The notes beneath the pieces were generated by a model that saw only the letters and a program-made list of their open reading frames with translations, ran no database searches and was not told where the DNA came from. From an uncultured Alphaproteobacteria bacterium (GTDB lineage Bacteria > Pseudomonadota > Alphaproteobacteria > GCA-002720895): DNA of 40,585 nt. Shown piece after piece: positions 1 to 10,009 of the stretch; position 1 is the stretch's first letter, and every line of letters starts with the position of its first letter. The DNA is taken from positions 1-40,585 of the forward strand of contig CAYNCC010000003.1 in NCBI GenBank assembly GCA_964396035.1, written 5' to 3'. Made by a program: the position numbers and the translations under genes.

Positions 1-1763
1 ATATTTATTTTTCTTAGCGCATAAGAAGCATGAACACAACAATAATCAAATTCTATACCTTGACCTATTCTATTTGGCCCACCACCAATTATGATTACTT
101 TATCTTTTTTGCTTGGTTTAGACTCACAATTATCAATACCTTTTGGAATTTTTTCATATGTTGAATACATATAAGGGGTTAAAGAAGAAAATTCTGCTGC
201 ACAAGTATCCACTCTTTTATAAATTGGTTTTACGTCAAAACTATTTCTTAAATTTATTATTTCTTTTTCATTCTTTTTGGTTAGAACTGCCAATCTTTTA
301 TCAGAAAACCCTAAACTTTTAATATGCAATATTACATCTTTTTTCTTTGGTATACCTTTTTTTTTAATTAAATTTTCATAGTCAATAATTTTTTTAATTT
401 CTCTTAGAAACCATTTATCAATTTTTGTTTTTTTATAAATTATATTAATATGTTTCTTTTTTCTAAAAGCTTCAGCAATTTGGAAGAATCTTAAAGGCGA
501 AGGAAGACTTAAATTTATTTTTTTATGATTAATAGCAGTTAAGCCATCATAACCTTTATCTAAAGATCTAATTGCTTTTTGAAAAGATTCACAAAAATTT
601 CTTCCAATTGCCATAACTTCTCCTACAGATCTCATTGATGTTCCTAGAATATTCTTAGTTCCAGGAAATTTTTCAAAAGTAAATCTTGGAATTTTTGTAA
701 CTATATAGTCAATAGTTGGCTCAAAAGAACAAGGTGTGGTTTTAGTAATGTCATTTTTTATTTCATCTAGCGTTAAACCTATTGCTAATTTAGCTGCAAC
801 TTTTGCAATTGGAAATCCTGTAGCTTTAGAAGCTAAGGCAGATGATCGGGATACTCTTGGATTCATTTCAATTACTACCATTTCACCATTCTTTGGATTT
901 ATAGCAAATTGAACATTTGACCCTCCAGTATCAACACCTATTTCCCTTAAAATTGCAAAGCTGGCATTCCTCATGATTTGATACTCTTTATCTGTAAGAG
1001 TTAGAGCTGGTGCTACTGTAACACTATCGCCTGTATGAATTCCCATTGGGTCAACATTTTCAATTGAACATATAACTATACAATTATCGTTTCTGTCTCT
1101 TACAACTTCTAGTTCGTATTCCTTCCATCCTAAAACAGACTCTTCAATCAAAACTTCATTAATAGGAGAATAACTTAGACCTTCTGAAACAATCTTTTCA
1201 AATTCTTTGAAATTATTTGCTGTTCCACTACCTTGCCCACCTAAGGTAAAGGATGGTCTGATTATTACTGGTAAAGAAAGTTTTTTTAGAATTTTTTTTG
1301 CAGTATTTATATTTCTTGCAATAAAACTTTTAGGAGCTCTTAAACCTAATTTAGAAATTGTTTTCTTAAACAATTCTCTATTTTCAGCCTTTTTTATTGC
1401 TTTTAGCGATGCTCCTATTAATTCAATATTATATTTTTTTAATATGCCTTTTTTTTCAATTTCTAAAGCAGCATTCAAAGCAGTTTGACCACCCATTGTA
1501 GGTAAAATAGCATTAGGTTTCTCTTTTTTAATAATTTTTTCTATAATTTCTGTGGTTATTGGCTCAATATAAGTAGCATCAGCGATATCAGGGTCTGTCA
1601 TTATGGTTGCAGGATTTGAATTAAGTAGAATTACTTTATAACCTTCTTCTTTAAGAGCTTTACAAGCCTGTGTTCCTGAATAATCAAATTCACAAGCCTG
1701 ACCAATTATAATTGGGCCTGCTCCTATTATAAAAATTGATTTTAAATCTTTTCTTTTAGGCAT
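1..1763 (-). CDS. carB: Carbamoyl-phosphate synthase large subunit, N-terminal ~587 codons (gene runs off the left edge of the window)
   Basis: The minus-strand frame is open from the ATG at 1763-1761 to position 1. It translates to [58 protein letters not shown]...[25 protein letters not shown], the canonical CPSase large-subunit ATP-grasp N-terminus. It is missing from the ORF track because there is no stop inside the window. The start overlaps the carA stop by 8 nt (ATGCCTAA). Confidence 0.92.
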   Translation of the reverse strand, partial: MPKRKDLKSIFIIGAGPIIIGQACEFDYSGTQACKALKEEGYKVILLNSNPATIMTDPDIADATYIEPITTEIIEKIIKKEKPNAILPTMGGQTALNAALEIEKKGILKKYNIELIGASLKAIKKAENRELFKKTISKLGLRAPKSFIARNINTAKKILKKLSLPVIIRPSFTLGGQGSGTANNFKEFEKIVSEGLSYSPINEVLIEESVLGWKEYELEVVRDRNDNCIVICSIENVDPMGIHTGDSVTVAPALTLTDKEYQIMRNASFAILREIGVDTGGSNVQFAINPKNGEMVVIEMNPRVSRSSALASKATGFPIAKVAAKLAIGLTLDEIKNDITKTTPCSFEPTIDYIVTKIPRFTFEKFPGTKNILGTSMRSVGEVMAIGRNFCESFQKAIRSLDKGYDGLTAINHKKINLSLPSPLRFFQIAEAFRKKKHINIIYKKTKIDKWFLREIKKIIDYENLIKKKGIPKKKDVILHIKSLGFSDKRLAVLTKKNEKEIINLRNSFDVKPIYKRVDTCAAEFSSLTPYMYSTYEKIPKGIDNCESKPSKKDKVIIIGGGPNRIGQGIEFDYCCVHASYALRKIN

Positions 1764-2922
1764 TTGTTTTTACTAAATTATAAAATTTTTTAAATAATCC
1801 TAAATGGTCGTGTGGTCCAGGAGATGCCTCAGGGTGATATTGAACAGAAAAAACTGGTTTATTTATTAATTCTAAACCTTCAATTGAACCATCAAAAAGA
1901 GATTTATAAGTAATTTTAACATTATTTGGTAGTGAGCTTTTCAAAACTTCAAATCCATGATTTTGCACTGTAATTATTACCTTGCCTGTTTTAATTTCTA
2001 AAACTGGGTGATTTGCACCTCTATGACCATGATGCATTTTCTTTGTTTTTGCCCCTAAAGCTAAAGCGAGCATTTGATGACCCAAACAAATTCCAAAAGT
2101 AGGAATATTATTTTTTATTATTTCTTTAATAGTAGGAATAGAAAATTTTCCTGTGGCTGCAGGATCTCCTGGACCATTACTTAAAAAAACTCCATCTGGA
2201 ATTTGTTTAAGGATATCCTTTGCTTTTGTTTGAGCTGGCACTACAGTTATTTTAAAACCTAAAGAAGCTAAGTTTCTTAAAATATTATCCTTCGCTCCAT
2301 AATCAATGGCCACAATATGATATTTTTTCTTTATATTTTTTCCATAGCCTTTATTTGCTAACCACGTTGTTTCATTCCAATATATATTCTTTTTTCTTGT
2401 AACATTTTTAGTCAAATCACAATTTTTTATTTCATTCCAGGCCGCAGCTTTTTTTATAAGATCTTTAATATTAAACCTTCCGTTCTTTTTATATGAAATC
2501 ACAGCATTTAAAGAACCTTTTTCTCTTAAAGTATGAGTTATGTGCCTAGTATCAATTCCACAAATCCCAACCAATTTATTCCTTTTTAGCCAATTATTTA
2601 AGCTTTGGGTAGATCTAAAATTAGAAGGTTCTGTAATTTCTTCTCTTATAACTAAACCTTTTGCAGCTGGTTTGTTTGATTCTTTATCATTATTGTTTGT
2701 TCCTATATTACCAATATGAGGAAATGTGAAAGTAATTATTTGATTATCGTATGATGGATCTGTTAATATTTCTTGATACCCTGATATAGAAGTATTGAAG
2801 CAAAGTTCTCCAATAATTTCCCCTTCGAAGCCTATTCCTTTTCCGAAAAAAAAAGTATTATTTGCTAAAGCTAATACCGCAGTAGGATTTGATGACGCAA
2901 ATAATAATTTAGGTGGCGTTAT
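1756..2922 (-). CDS. carA: Carbamoyl-phosphate synthase small (glutamine amidotransferase) subunit; the 5' end is uncertain because no canonical start codon is present
   Basis: The ORF-track piece 1756..2574 carries the GATase domain ([17 protein letters not shown]). The same frame stays open upstream to a TAA at 2937-2935. That upstream stretch encodes the conserved CarA N-domain ([62 protein letters not shown]). A strong AAGGAGG Shine-Dalgarno sits at 2931-2925. No ATG, GTG or TTG lies in frame between it and 2574, so I placed the start provisionally at ATA 2922-2920. Confidence 0.85.
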   Translation of the reverse strand: MTPPKLLFASSNPTAVLALANNTFFFGKGIGFEGEIIGELCFNTSISGYQEILTDPSYDNQIITFTFPHIGNIGTNNNDKESNKPAAKGLVIREEITEPSNFRSTQSLNNWLKRNKLVGICGIDTRHITHTLREKGSLNAVISYKKNGRFNIKDLIKKAAAWNEIKNCDLTKNVTRKKNIYWNETTWLANKGYGKNIKKKYHIVAIDYGAKDNILRNLASLGFKITVVPAQTKAKDILKQIPDGVFLSNGPGDPAATGKFSIPTIKEIIKNNIPTFGICLGHQMLALALGAKTKKMHHGHRGANHPVLEIKTGKVIITVQNHGFEVLKSSLPNNVKITYKSLFDGSIEGLELINKPVFSVQYHPEASPGPHDHLGLFKKFYNLVKTNA

Positions 2923-3139
2923 AACCTCCTTAATTTACACTGTAAACCAATCTATTTATAATATAAAAATATTCAAACGTTTTTTTAAAAAAAAACTAAT
3001 TTTTAGATATAGGCAATTTATATGCCAAGTTACTATTTCTTTTTAAGAAAAAACTTAATTATATCATAGGTTTATAATTTTTATTAATCTTGATTAAAAT
3101 TTAAAAATAGTTTTAAATCTTATATTCAATTCTTAAAAT

Positions 3140-3607
3140 ATGTTAAAAGAACAATTAACTGAATCTTTAAAACAGGCAATAATTAATAAAGATAAGGACT
3201 CGGTAAGAACCTTAAGGCTAATATTAGCAGTTTTAAAGGATAAAGAAATTTCTGAAAGATCTAATGGTATATCGGAAGAAATATCTGATGATGAGGTGCT
3301 TTCTTTGCTAAGAAAAATGATCAAACAGAGAAAAGAAAGTGTAGAATTGTATAAAAAGGGAAAGCGAGATGATTTGGTAAATAATGAAAATAAAGAAATA
3401 AAAATAATAGAGAAATATTTACCTGTTCAGTTAAGTAATAAAGAAACTAAGAATGTTTGCGAAAAAACTATATTACAATTGTCAGTTAACAACATACAAG
3501 ACATGGGTAGGGTTATGAGTGAATTAAAAAATAAGTTTAATGTTAAAATAGATATGATGAGAGCAAGCGTTTATGTTAAAGAAATTTTAAACAAAAATAC
3601 AGAATAA
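3140..3607 (+). CDS. GatB/YqeY domain-containing protein
   Basis: A 155-aa ORF whose translation (MLKEQLTESLKQAIINKDKDSVRTLRLILAVLKDKEI...ELYKKGKRDDLVNNENKEIKIIEKYLP) matches the YqeY family pattern. It sits directly upstream of dnaG, 2 nt apart. Confidence 0.8.
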   Translation: MLKEQLTESLKQAIINKDKDSVRTLRLILAVLKDKEISERSNGISEEISDDEVLSLLRKMIKQRKESVELYKKGKRDDLVNNENKEIKIIEKYLPVQLSNKETKNVCEKTILQLSVNNIQDMGRVMSELKNKFNVKIDMMRASVYVKEILNKNTE

Positions 3608-3609
3608 TT

Positions 3610-5397
3610 ATGAAATTTGGCAATCAGTTAATTGAAGAAATTAAATTGCGATTAAAAGTTTCTGAAATTGTTGGTAAAAAAGTAAAACTTAAACCCCGTG
3701 GTAAAGAATATGTCGGGCTATCTCCTTTTTCAAATGAAAAAACTCCATCTTTTACAGTATCAGATGAAAAAGGTTTTTATCATTGCTTTAGTTCAGGTGA
3801 GCATGGAAGTATTTTTGACTTCGTTATGAAAACTGAGAATGTAGATTTTAAAGATGCTGTAAAAAAATTAGCAGGAATTGCTGGGATAAATGTTGAAGAT
3901 CAATATTATAAAAAAGAAGACTCTTTATTTAATCGTAAAATAAAAGTTTTAAAAGATTTGTTAAAATTAACTTCAGATTGGTTTCAGGAAAATTTACAAA
4001 GAGAATTAAAAAGTAATTCATTATTAAGGGAGATTTTTGTTAAAAGAGGATTTGATAAAAAAGTAATTAATGATTTTCAATTAGGTTATGCTCCAGATGA
4101 TTTTAATGCGACTTATGATTATTTAAAATCTAAGAATTTTACGGCCCAAGATATCTTAGATTCTGGTTTATTGATTATTTCTGAGAAAAATAAAAAAAGA
4201 TATGACAGATTTAAAAATCGAATTATTTTTCCAATATTTAACTATTATACTAATGTCGTAGGTTTTGGTGGTAAATCTATAAAAAAAAATCAGTTACCAA
4301 AATATATGAATTCTCCATCTACAATATTATATAAAAAAGGAGATTTACTTTTTGGTTGGGTTCAGGCAAAAGATGAGATAATAAAAAAAAAAAGAATGTT
4401 TCTTGTAGAAGGATATACAGACGTAATTTCTATGCATAAAATAGGTTATAAAAACACAGTGGCACCTTTAGGCACTGCTTTAACTTCGAATCAAATTATA
4501 AAGTCATGGCAAATATGCAATGAACCAATCGTATGCTTAGATGGCGATATAGCTGGAGTCAAAGCTGCTAAAAGAATTGCAGAAATGATATTACCTTATT
4601 TAAAACCTGGTTGTTCAATTAGTTTTGTTCAATTACCAATTGACGAAGATCCTGATAGTCTAATTAGATCAAATAATTTAAAAAAATTAAATTCTTCAAT
4701 TAATAGCAAAGTTAGCTTAGTAGATTTTCTTTGGAAAGATTTAATTTATGGAAAGGAATTTAATACTCCTGAAAAAAAGGCCGAATTAGAAATAAAATCA
4801 ATTAATTTAGTTAATTCCATTAAAGACCAGAAAGTAAAAAAGAATTATAATAATTTTTTTAAGGAAAAATTTTTCGAACATTTTAAATTTAAATTTAAAC
4901 AATATAATTATATAAAAAAAGAGAATTTAGAAGAAAAAGAAACTATAAATGCAGATAAAATAATCGAAATTGTTTTATTAAGTTCTATAATTATCTATCC
5001 TAAATTGTTGAATTCTGTCCATCAAAAGTTTTTTTCAATAAATTTTAGCTTATCTAATTTTAATGAAATTAAAAATATAATATTTAATTTATATAATTCT
5101 AAGAAATTAATTGAAAATAGCGACTTAGACACTAAATTGATATCGTTGGGATATCATGAAACTATATCTAAATTAATTGATAAATCGATATATGTTCATG
5201 CTCCTTTTTTAAAGAGCAAGAAATATAAGTATGATGATATTTTAACTGGTTGGAATGAATATTGGATGTTATATGTTAAAAAAAAAGGGAAATTAAGAAT
5301 ACAAAAAGAAGCGGAGAATTTATTGCAGAATTTAAATATTGATAATTTTAAAAAGTTTAAAGATTTAAAATTATCATTAAAAAAGAAATTAGTTTGA
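3610..5397 (+). CDS. dnaG: DNA primase DnaG, with a degenerate zinc-ribbon ligand set
   Basis: Contains the NEKTPSFTV...FYHCF primase zinc-ribbon region and the TOPRIM motifs ([23 protein letters not shown]). Ends with TGA at 5395-5397. Confidence 0.93.
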   Translation: [595 protein letters not shown]

Positions 5398-5447
5398 AAA
5401 TATTTTTTTTTGAGTAGATTACTATTAAATTTAAATAAAAAACATTT

Positions 5448-7475
5448 ATGAAAAAAGAAACAGATAAAAAAGAAGAAAATAAGCAAATTAAAGAAAAACG
5501 AACTACAGTCCAAGATCTTATTAAAAAAGAGAAACTTATTCCAGAATTTAAAGATCTTATTATAGAATCAAAGAAAGTCGGCAAAGTGTCTTTCACAAAA
5601 GTAAAAAAATTCTTTAAAATTGAAGATTTAAATTCCAATAAATTTGAAATAATTTTAAGTTTTTTAAATAATCAAGGAATTTCTTTAAAAAGAAGAATGA
5701 GAGGACCTAATACTGGCCTATCAAACAGCGCAAAAAAACAGAGGAATTTAATTAAGAAATCAAAAGCATTAATTAAAACCAGTGATCCAGTCAGAATGTA
5801 TTTAAAAGAAATGGGTTCTGTTGAGTTATTAACAAGAGAAGGTGAAGTTTTATTATCAAAAAAAATGGAAGAAGGAAAAAAGAAAATAATTTTATCTATT
5901 TTTGAATTTCCTATAATTTATAAATATTTTTCATTATGCAGAAGCCAAATAGAAGAAAAAAAGATTTTGTTACGTCAGATTGTTGATTTAGAGAAATTTT
6001 ATACAAAATATATTAGTAAAAAAATCCCTGTATCAATTGATGACGCATCTTTAAACGAAGAAACAAAAAATTCGGAGAATAATGAACAAGAAGAAACAGA
6101 AGAGAATTTAGATAGTAAAAAGAATGATGATAAAAGTAAAAGTAAGGAAAATACAAAAGAAGATAAAGGCAATAAAGAAGCTAAATATGACCCAAAAGAT
6201 GAAGAAAATTTTACCATTTCCTTAATGGAATTAAAAATTGAGCCTAGAATAATAAGAATCCTACAAAATATAGAAAAATCTTATCAAAAAATAAAACCTC
6301 TTTGTAAAGAAAAGAAAATTATTATTAATAAAGGTAAAAAATTATCTGAAACTAAACAAAAAAGATATAAAACTTTAAGAAATAAATTAATTTTATATCT
6401 AGAAAAATTATGTTTTAGTGACGATTGTATTGAATATTTCATAAAAGTTATAAATGATTTAAATAAAAAATTAATTTCTCCTCAAGGAGAGTTATTATCT
6501 TTAGCTTCAGAAAGTGGTATTGAAAGAAAAGAGTTTCTTAAAGATTATTTTTCTAATGAGTTAAATCCTTATTGGCCAAATAAACAATCCAAAAAAAGTA
6601 AGAATTGGGCTAACTTTTTTAAGAAGAATTCTAAAAAAATAAAAAATATAAATAGTGAAATTTTAAACGTTTCTAATGAAGTAGAAATGTCTGTGTCAGA
6701 ACTAAGGCATTTTTCAGATGAAATTAGAATTGGAAAAAGAATATTAGAACAAGCAAAAAAACAAATGATTGAGGCTAATCTTAGACTTGTTATTTCTATA
6801 GCAAAAAAATATACAAATAGAGGTCTTCAATTTTTAGATTTAATTCAAGAAGGCAATATTGGATTAATGAAAGCTGTTGATAAATTTGAATATAAAAGAG
6901 GTTACAAATTCTCAACATATGCTACTTGGTGGATTAGACAAGCTATTACTAGATCAATTGCTGATCAAGCCAGAACAATCAGAATCCCCGTGCATATGAT
7001 TGAAACAATTAATAAAATTATAAGAACTTCAAGAATAATGTTGCATGAAATAGGAAGAGAACCCACGCCAGAAGAATTATCTATAAAATTATCAATTCCA
7101 CTAGATAAAATCCGTAAAGTAATGAAAATTGCTAGAGAGCCTGTTAGTTTTGAGACGCCAGTAGGTGATGATGATGATAGTTTTTTAGGTGACTTTATTG
7201 AAGATAAAAATACTCCTATTCCTGGTGACGCGGCTGTAAATTCAAATTTACGCGAAACAACTACAAGAGTGTTATCTAGTCTCACACCTAGAGAAGAGCG
7301 TGTTTTAAGGATGAGATTTGGTATTGGAGTTAATTCTGATCATACTTTAGAAGAAGTTGGGCAACAATTTTCAGTAACAAGAGAAAGAATTAGACAAATA
7401 GAGGCTAAAGCATTAAGAAAATTAAAACATCCAAGTAGATCAAGAAAATTAAAAAGTTTCCTAGATAACAGCTAG
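5448..7475 (+). CDS. rpoD: Primary RNA polymerase sigma factor (sigma-70)
   Basis: Regions 2-4 are unmistakable ([60 protein letters not shown]; [30 protein letters not shown]). The dnaG-rpoD adjacency is typical. Confidence 0.97.
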   Translation: MKKETDKKEENKQIKEKRTTVQDLIKKEKLIPEFKDLIIESKKVGKVSFTKVKKFFKIEDLNSNKFEIILSFLNNQGISLKRRMRGPNTGLSNSAKKQRNLIKKSKALIKTSDPVRMYLKEMGSVELLTREGEVLLSKKMEEGKKKIILSIFEFPIIYKYFSLCRSQIEEKKILLRQIVDLEKFYTKYISKKIPVSIDDASLNEETKNSENNEQEETEENLDSKKNDDKSKSKENTKEDKGNKEAKYDPKDEENFTISLMELKIEPRIIRILQNIEKSYQKIKPLCKEKKIIINKGKKLSETKQKRYKTLRNKLILYLEKLCFSDDCIEYFIKVINDLNKKLISPQGELLSLASESGIERKEFLKDYFSNELNPYWPNKQSKKSKNWANFFKKNSKKIKNINSEILNVSNEVEMSVSELRHFSDEIRIGKRILEQAKKQMIEANLRLVISIAKKYTNRGLQFLDLIQEGNIGLMKAVDKFEYKRGYKFSTYATWWIRQAITRSIADQARTIRIPVHMIETINKIIRTSRIMLHEIGREPTPEELSIKLSIPLDKIRKVMKIAREPVSFETPVGDDDDSFLGDFIEDKNTPIPGDAAVNSNLRETTTRVLSSLTPREERVLRMRFGIGVNSDHTLEEVGQQFSVTRERIRQIEAKALRKLKHPSRSRKLKSFLDNS

Positions 7476-7510
7476 TAAGATTGTTAGAAAAATTATATAT
7501 TTATTTAATT

Positions 7511-7587
7511 GGGCCTGTAGTTCAGTTGGTTAGAACACGCCGCTCATAACGGTGATGTCGCAGGTTCGAATCCTGCCAGGCCCACCA
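7511..7587 (+). tRNA. tRNA with CAT anticodon and an encoded CCA; probably tRNA-Ile2 (lysidine-modified) rather than elongator tRNA-Met, and not an initiator
   Basis: The sequence GGGCCTGTAGTTCAGTTGGTTAGAACACGCCGCTCATAACGGTGATGTCGCAGGTTCGAATCCTGCCAGGCCCACCA folds as a cloverleaf. The acceptor stem is GGGCCTG/CAGGCCC, the anticodon loop is CTCATAA and the T-loop is GGTTCGAATCC. Position 1:72 is paired, so it is not an initiator. The C4-G69 and C5-G68 pairs and the Ile-like acceptor stem favour Ile2. Confidence 0.93.
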
Positions 7588-7597
7588 CCAAATCTAA

Positions 7598-8212
7598 TTA
7601 AGTTGATTTTTCTTTAAGCATTTGGATGAGTTTATCTACATTTCCGTCATTTTGATCAATAACTGCAGTAAATTCAGATCTTTGAGTAACTGCTAAACTT
7701 ATGCCTTCAATAACAATATCTAAAATTACAAATCTATCTTTTTTTTTTCCAACTCTCCAATCCACTTTTATAGGCGCACCATCTTCTCTATTTAGAGCAG
7801 TATGGACAATAAATAATTTTGGATTAGCTTCATTTTCTGTATTTAATAAAGTTAATTTTTCTCCAGAATATTCACCAAATCTAGAAGAATAAGTTTTTAC
7901 GATGTAATTTCTAAAAGCTGTTATAAATTCTTTTTTCTGACTAGTTGACGAAGTTTTCCAATATTTTCCTAAAACAAATCTGGATATAGAAGGAACATCA
8001 AAGTTTTTGTCAAATAGCTGTCCGAACTTTATTTCTTTTTCTTTTTGATTTGTGCTTGTGTCAGTAAGAGTGTTTATAGCTTTTTCAGTTGTATTCATGA
8101 CATAATCTGCTGGATCTTCATTTGCATATAAAATATTTGATGAAAATACAAAGATTTTTGACCAAAATAATACTGTCAAAAACAAAACAACAATAACTCT
8201 TTTAAAATTCAT
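7598..8212 (-). CDS. mlaC: Phospholipid-binding periplasmic protein MlaC (Ttg2D/toluene-tolerance family)
   Basis: A 204-aa ORF with a signal peptide and the family pattern FDVPSISRFVLGKYWKTSSTSQKKEFITAFRNYIVKTYSSRF. It lies next to mlaA. Confidence 0.8.
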   Translation of the reverse strand: MNFKRVIVVLFLTVLFWSKIFVFSSNILYANEDPADYVMNTTEKAINTLTDTSTNQKEKEIKFGQLFDKNFDVPSISRFVLGKYWKTSSTSQKKEFITAFRNYIVKTYSSRFGEYSGEKLTLLNTENEANPKLFIVHTALNREDGAPIKVDWRVGKKKDRFVILDIVIEGISLAVTQRSEFTAVIDQNDGNVDKLIQMLKEKST

Positions 8213-8220
8213 TTTTTAAT

Positions 8221-9021
8221 TTAATCGTTTATATAATTTTGATATGTAGAAAGTTCATCAGATTCAATTTCGTCAAGTCTTTTTTGAACATACATTGATC
8301 TAATTGATGAGTAAAAATCTAAAGAAGTATTTTCTATTTCTTGAAGAACTCCTAGTGTTTCTTGTCTATCATCAACTGCAGTACCTGCAGATTTTACTAA
8401 GTTTCCCCAAAGTGGCAAACCTCCAATAAGAATTAATGGATCTGTAAAAATGTCTCCTACAAAACCAACAACATCTCTTGTTGTTTGAGGACCTTTAAAA
8501 GGGATTTGAACATAATTACTTTTTTTCCAACCCCATACTCCTAAAGTATCACCAAAATTTTCGGGTCTTTCCTGAAGCCCCATCTTATCTCCAACATCGA
8601 TAAATCCACCCAAGCCAAAAGTAGAATTTACTACAAATCTAGCTAGAGTGTTATAAGCACCGATGAATTTACCTTGTAGAACATTGTTAACGAAATATTG
8701 AGGAGTTGTAAAAAAATTATCTATAGCATTACCTAATCCTCTTCTTAAAGGGTCAGGGATTACATCAACATAACCTTGAGTTACAGGTCTAACTAGTGCT
8801 TTATCTAATCCAAGATTAAAGTCCCAAACTTTTCTATTTAATCCTTCGATTGGGTCTATATCTTTTAAATCTGAAGATTCGCCATATGTTTTTTCTAAAT
8901 CAAAATCTGATTCTACAACTATAGCATCATCAACTTGAACTTTATGATGGTCTGCATATAAAGTTCTTTCAGTATAAAAAACAAAAATTAATGTAAATAA
9001 AAATATTTTGAATTTGTTCAT
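8221..9021 (-). CDS. mlaA: MlaA/VacJ family outer-membrane lipoprotein
   Basis: A 266-aa ORF with an N-terminal signal and the VacJ pattern DPIEGLNRKVWDFNLGLDKALVRPVTQGYVDVIPDPLRRGLGNAIDNF. Confidence 0.82.
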   Translation of the reverse strand: MNKFKIFLFTLIFVFYTERTLYADHHKVQVDDAIVVESDFDLEKTYGESSDLKDIDPIEGLNRKVWDFNLGLDKALVRPVTQGYVDVIPDPLRRGLGNAIDNFFTTPQYFVNNVLQGKFIGAYNTLARFVVNSTFGLGGFIDVGDKMGLQERPENFGDTLGVWGWKKSNYVQIPFKGPQTTRDVVGFVGDIFTDPLILIGGLPLWGNLVKSAGTAVDDRQETLGVLQEIENTSLDFYSSIRSMYVQKRLDEIESDELSTYQNYIND

Positions 9022-9122
9022 AAATTGTCAAAAATAAAAAAAATTTTTAAAATTTTTTTAATTAAGTAATTAATAAACTATACTATTTGTGTATTCAAAA
9101 AAAACAACAAAAATATAAATAA

Positions 9123-10007
9123 ATGCTTACTAATCCTAGATTTTCATTTGAATTTTTTCCTCCAAAAACTGAGAAAATGCATAGAAATCTGTGGCTTACA
9201 CTAAATAAACTTAAGATTTTTTATCCACAATTTGTCTCTATTACATATGGGGCAGGAGGTACAACAAGAAAAAGAACTCATGAGACTATTAAAAAATTAA
9301 CTTATAGACCTGCAATAAAACCAATCCCTCACTTGACATGCATTGGGGATAAAAGAAGTTCTATAAGAAAATTAGCAATAAAATATTGGGAATTAGGTAT
9401 TAAATCTATAGTTGTAATTAGAGGGGATTTAGAAAATATAGATTTAACAAAAGAAAGAAAATTCATTCCTTTTCCTAGTGGATATAAATATGCTAGTGAA
9501 CTTATTACTGATTTAAAAAAAATAAAGGATTTTGAAATAATTGTTGCTGTTTTTCCTGAAAAACATCCTGAATCTAGAAATATTCAAGAGGATATTGATA
9601 ATTTAAAAAGAAAAATTGATTTAGGCGCAACAAAAGGAATTACCCAATTTTTTTTTAATAATAATAAATTTTATGAATTTAATAATATTCTTCATAAAAA
9701 AAATATAAAGATACCAATAATACCTGGAATTTTACCAATTATTAATTTTGAAAAACTAAGTGAGTTAGCGCAAAACTGTAATGCTTCAATACCAAAAACA
9801 ATAAAAAATTTATATGAAGGAAAGAAAGGAAATGAATTTAATTTATCTGTCGATATTGCCACTAAGCAATGCTTAGACTTAGTAAGCAATGGTTTCAAAG
9901 ATTTACATTTCTATACACTTAATAGAGCAGATTTAACAGGTAAAATATGTTCTAATTTAACTAAAAGACAATTCATTGATAAACCTTATGATGCTTTTTG
10001 GAGTTAA
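9123..10007 (+). CDS. metF: 5,10-methylenetetrahydrofolate reductase
   Basis: Contains FSFEFFPPKTEKM...VSITYGAGGTTRKRTHE...HLTCIG...VVIRGD, which are typical MetF motifs. Confidence 0.9.
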   Translation: MLTNPRFSFEFFPPKTEKMHRNLWLTLNKLKIFYPQFVSITYGAGGTTRKRTHETIKKLTYRPAIKPIPHLTCIGDKRSSIRKLAIKYWELGIKSIVVIRGDLENIDLTKERKFIPFPSGYKYASELITDLKKIKDFEIIVAVFPEKHPESRNIQEDIDNLKRKIDLGATKGITQFFFNNNKFYEFNNILHKKNIKIPIIPGILPIINFEKLSELAQNCNASIPKTIKNLYEGKKGNEFNLSVDIATKQCLDLVSNGFKDLHFYTLNRADLTGKICSNLTKRQFIDKPYDAFWS

Positions 10008-10009
10008 AA

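Noticed and set aside
2795-3046. An 83-aa plus-strand ORF between carA and the yqeY-like gene
   Set aside because: Most of it is antisense to the conserved CarA N-domain coding sequence (2575-2922). The translation is low-complexity, and the opposite strand has a clear homologue.
5196-7285. Several 60-110-aa minus-strand ORFs inside dnaG and rpoD (5196..5513, 5357..5638, 5999..6217, 6965..7285). Similar antisense ORFs occur in carB, lpxC-ftsZ, ftsA, ftsQ, murE, murF, murD, ftsW and murC
   Set aside because: They are antisense shadows of strongly supported genes. Their translations are F/L/S/K-rich low-complexity strings, as expected from the reverse complement of K/E/N-rich coding sequence.
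9022-9122. A possible SAM or other riboswitch upstream of metF
   Set aside because: The 101-bp spacer is almost pure A/T. It has no G/C-containing helices and no recognisable conserved riboswitch core.
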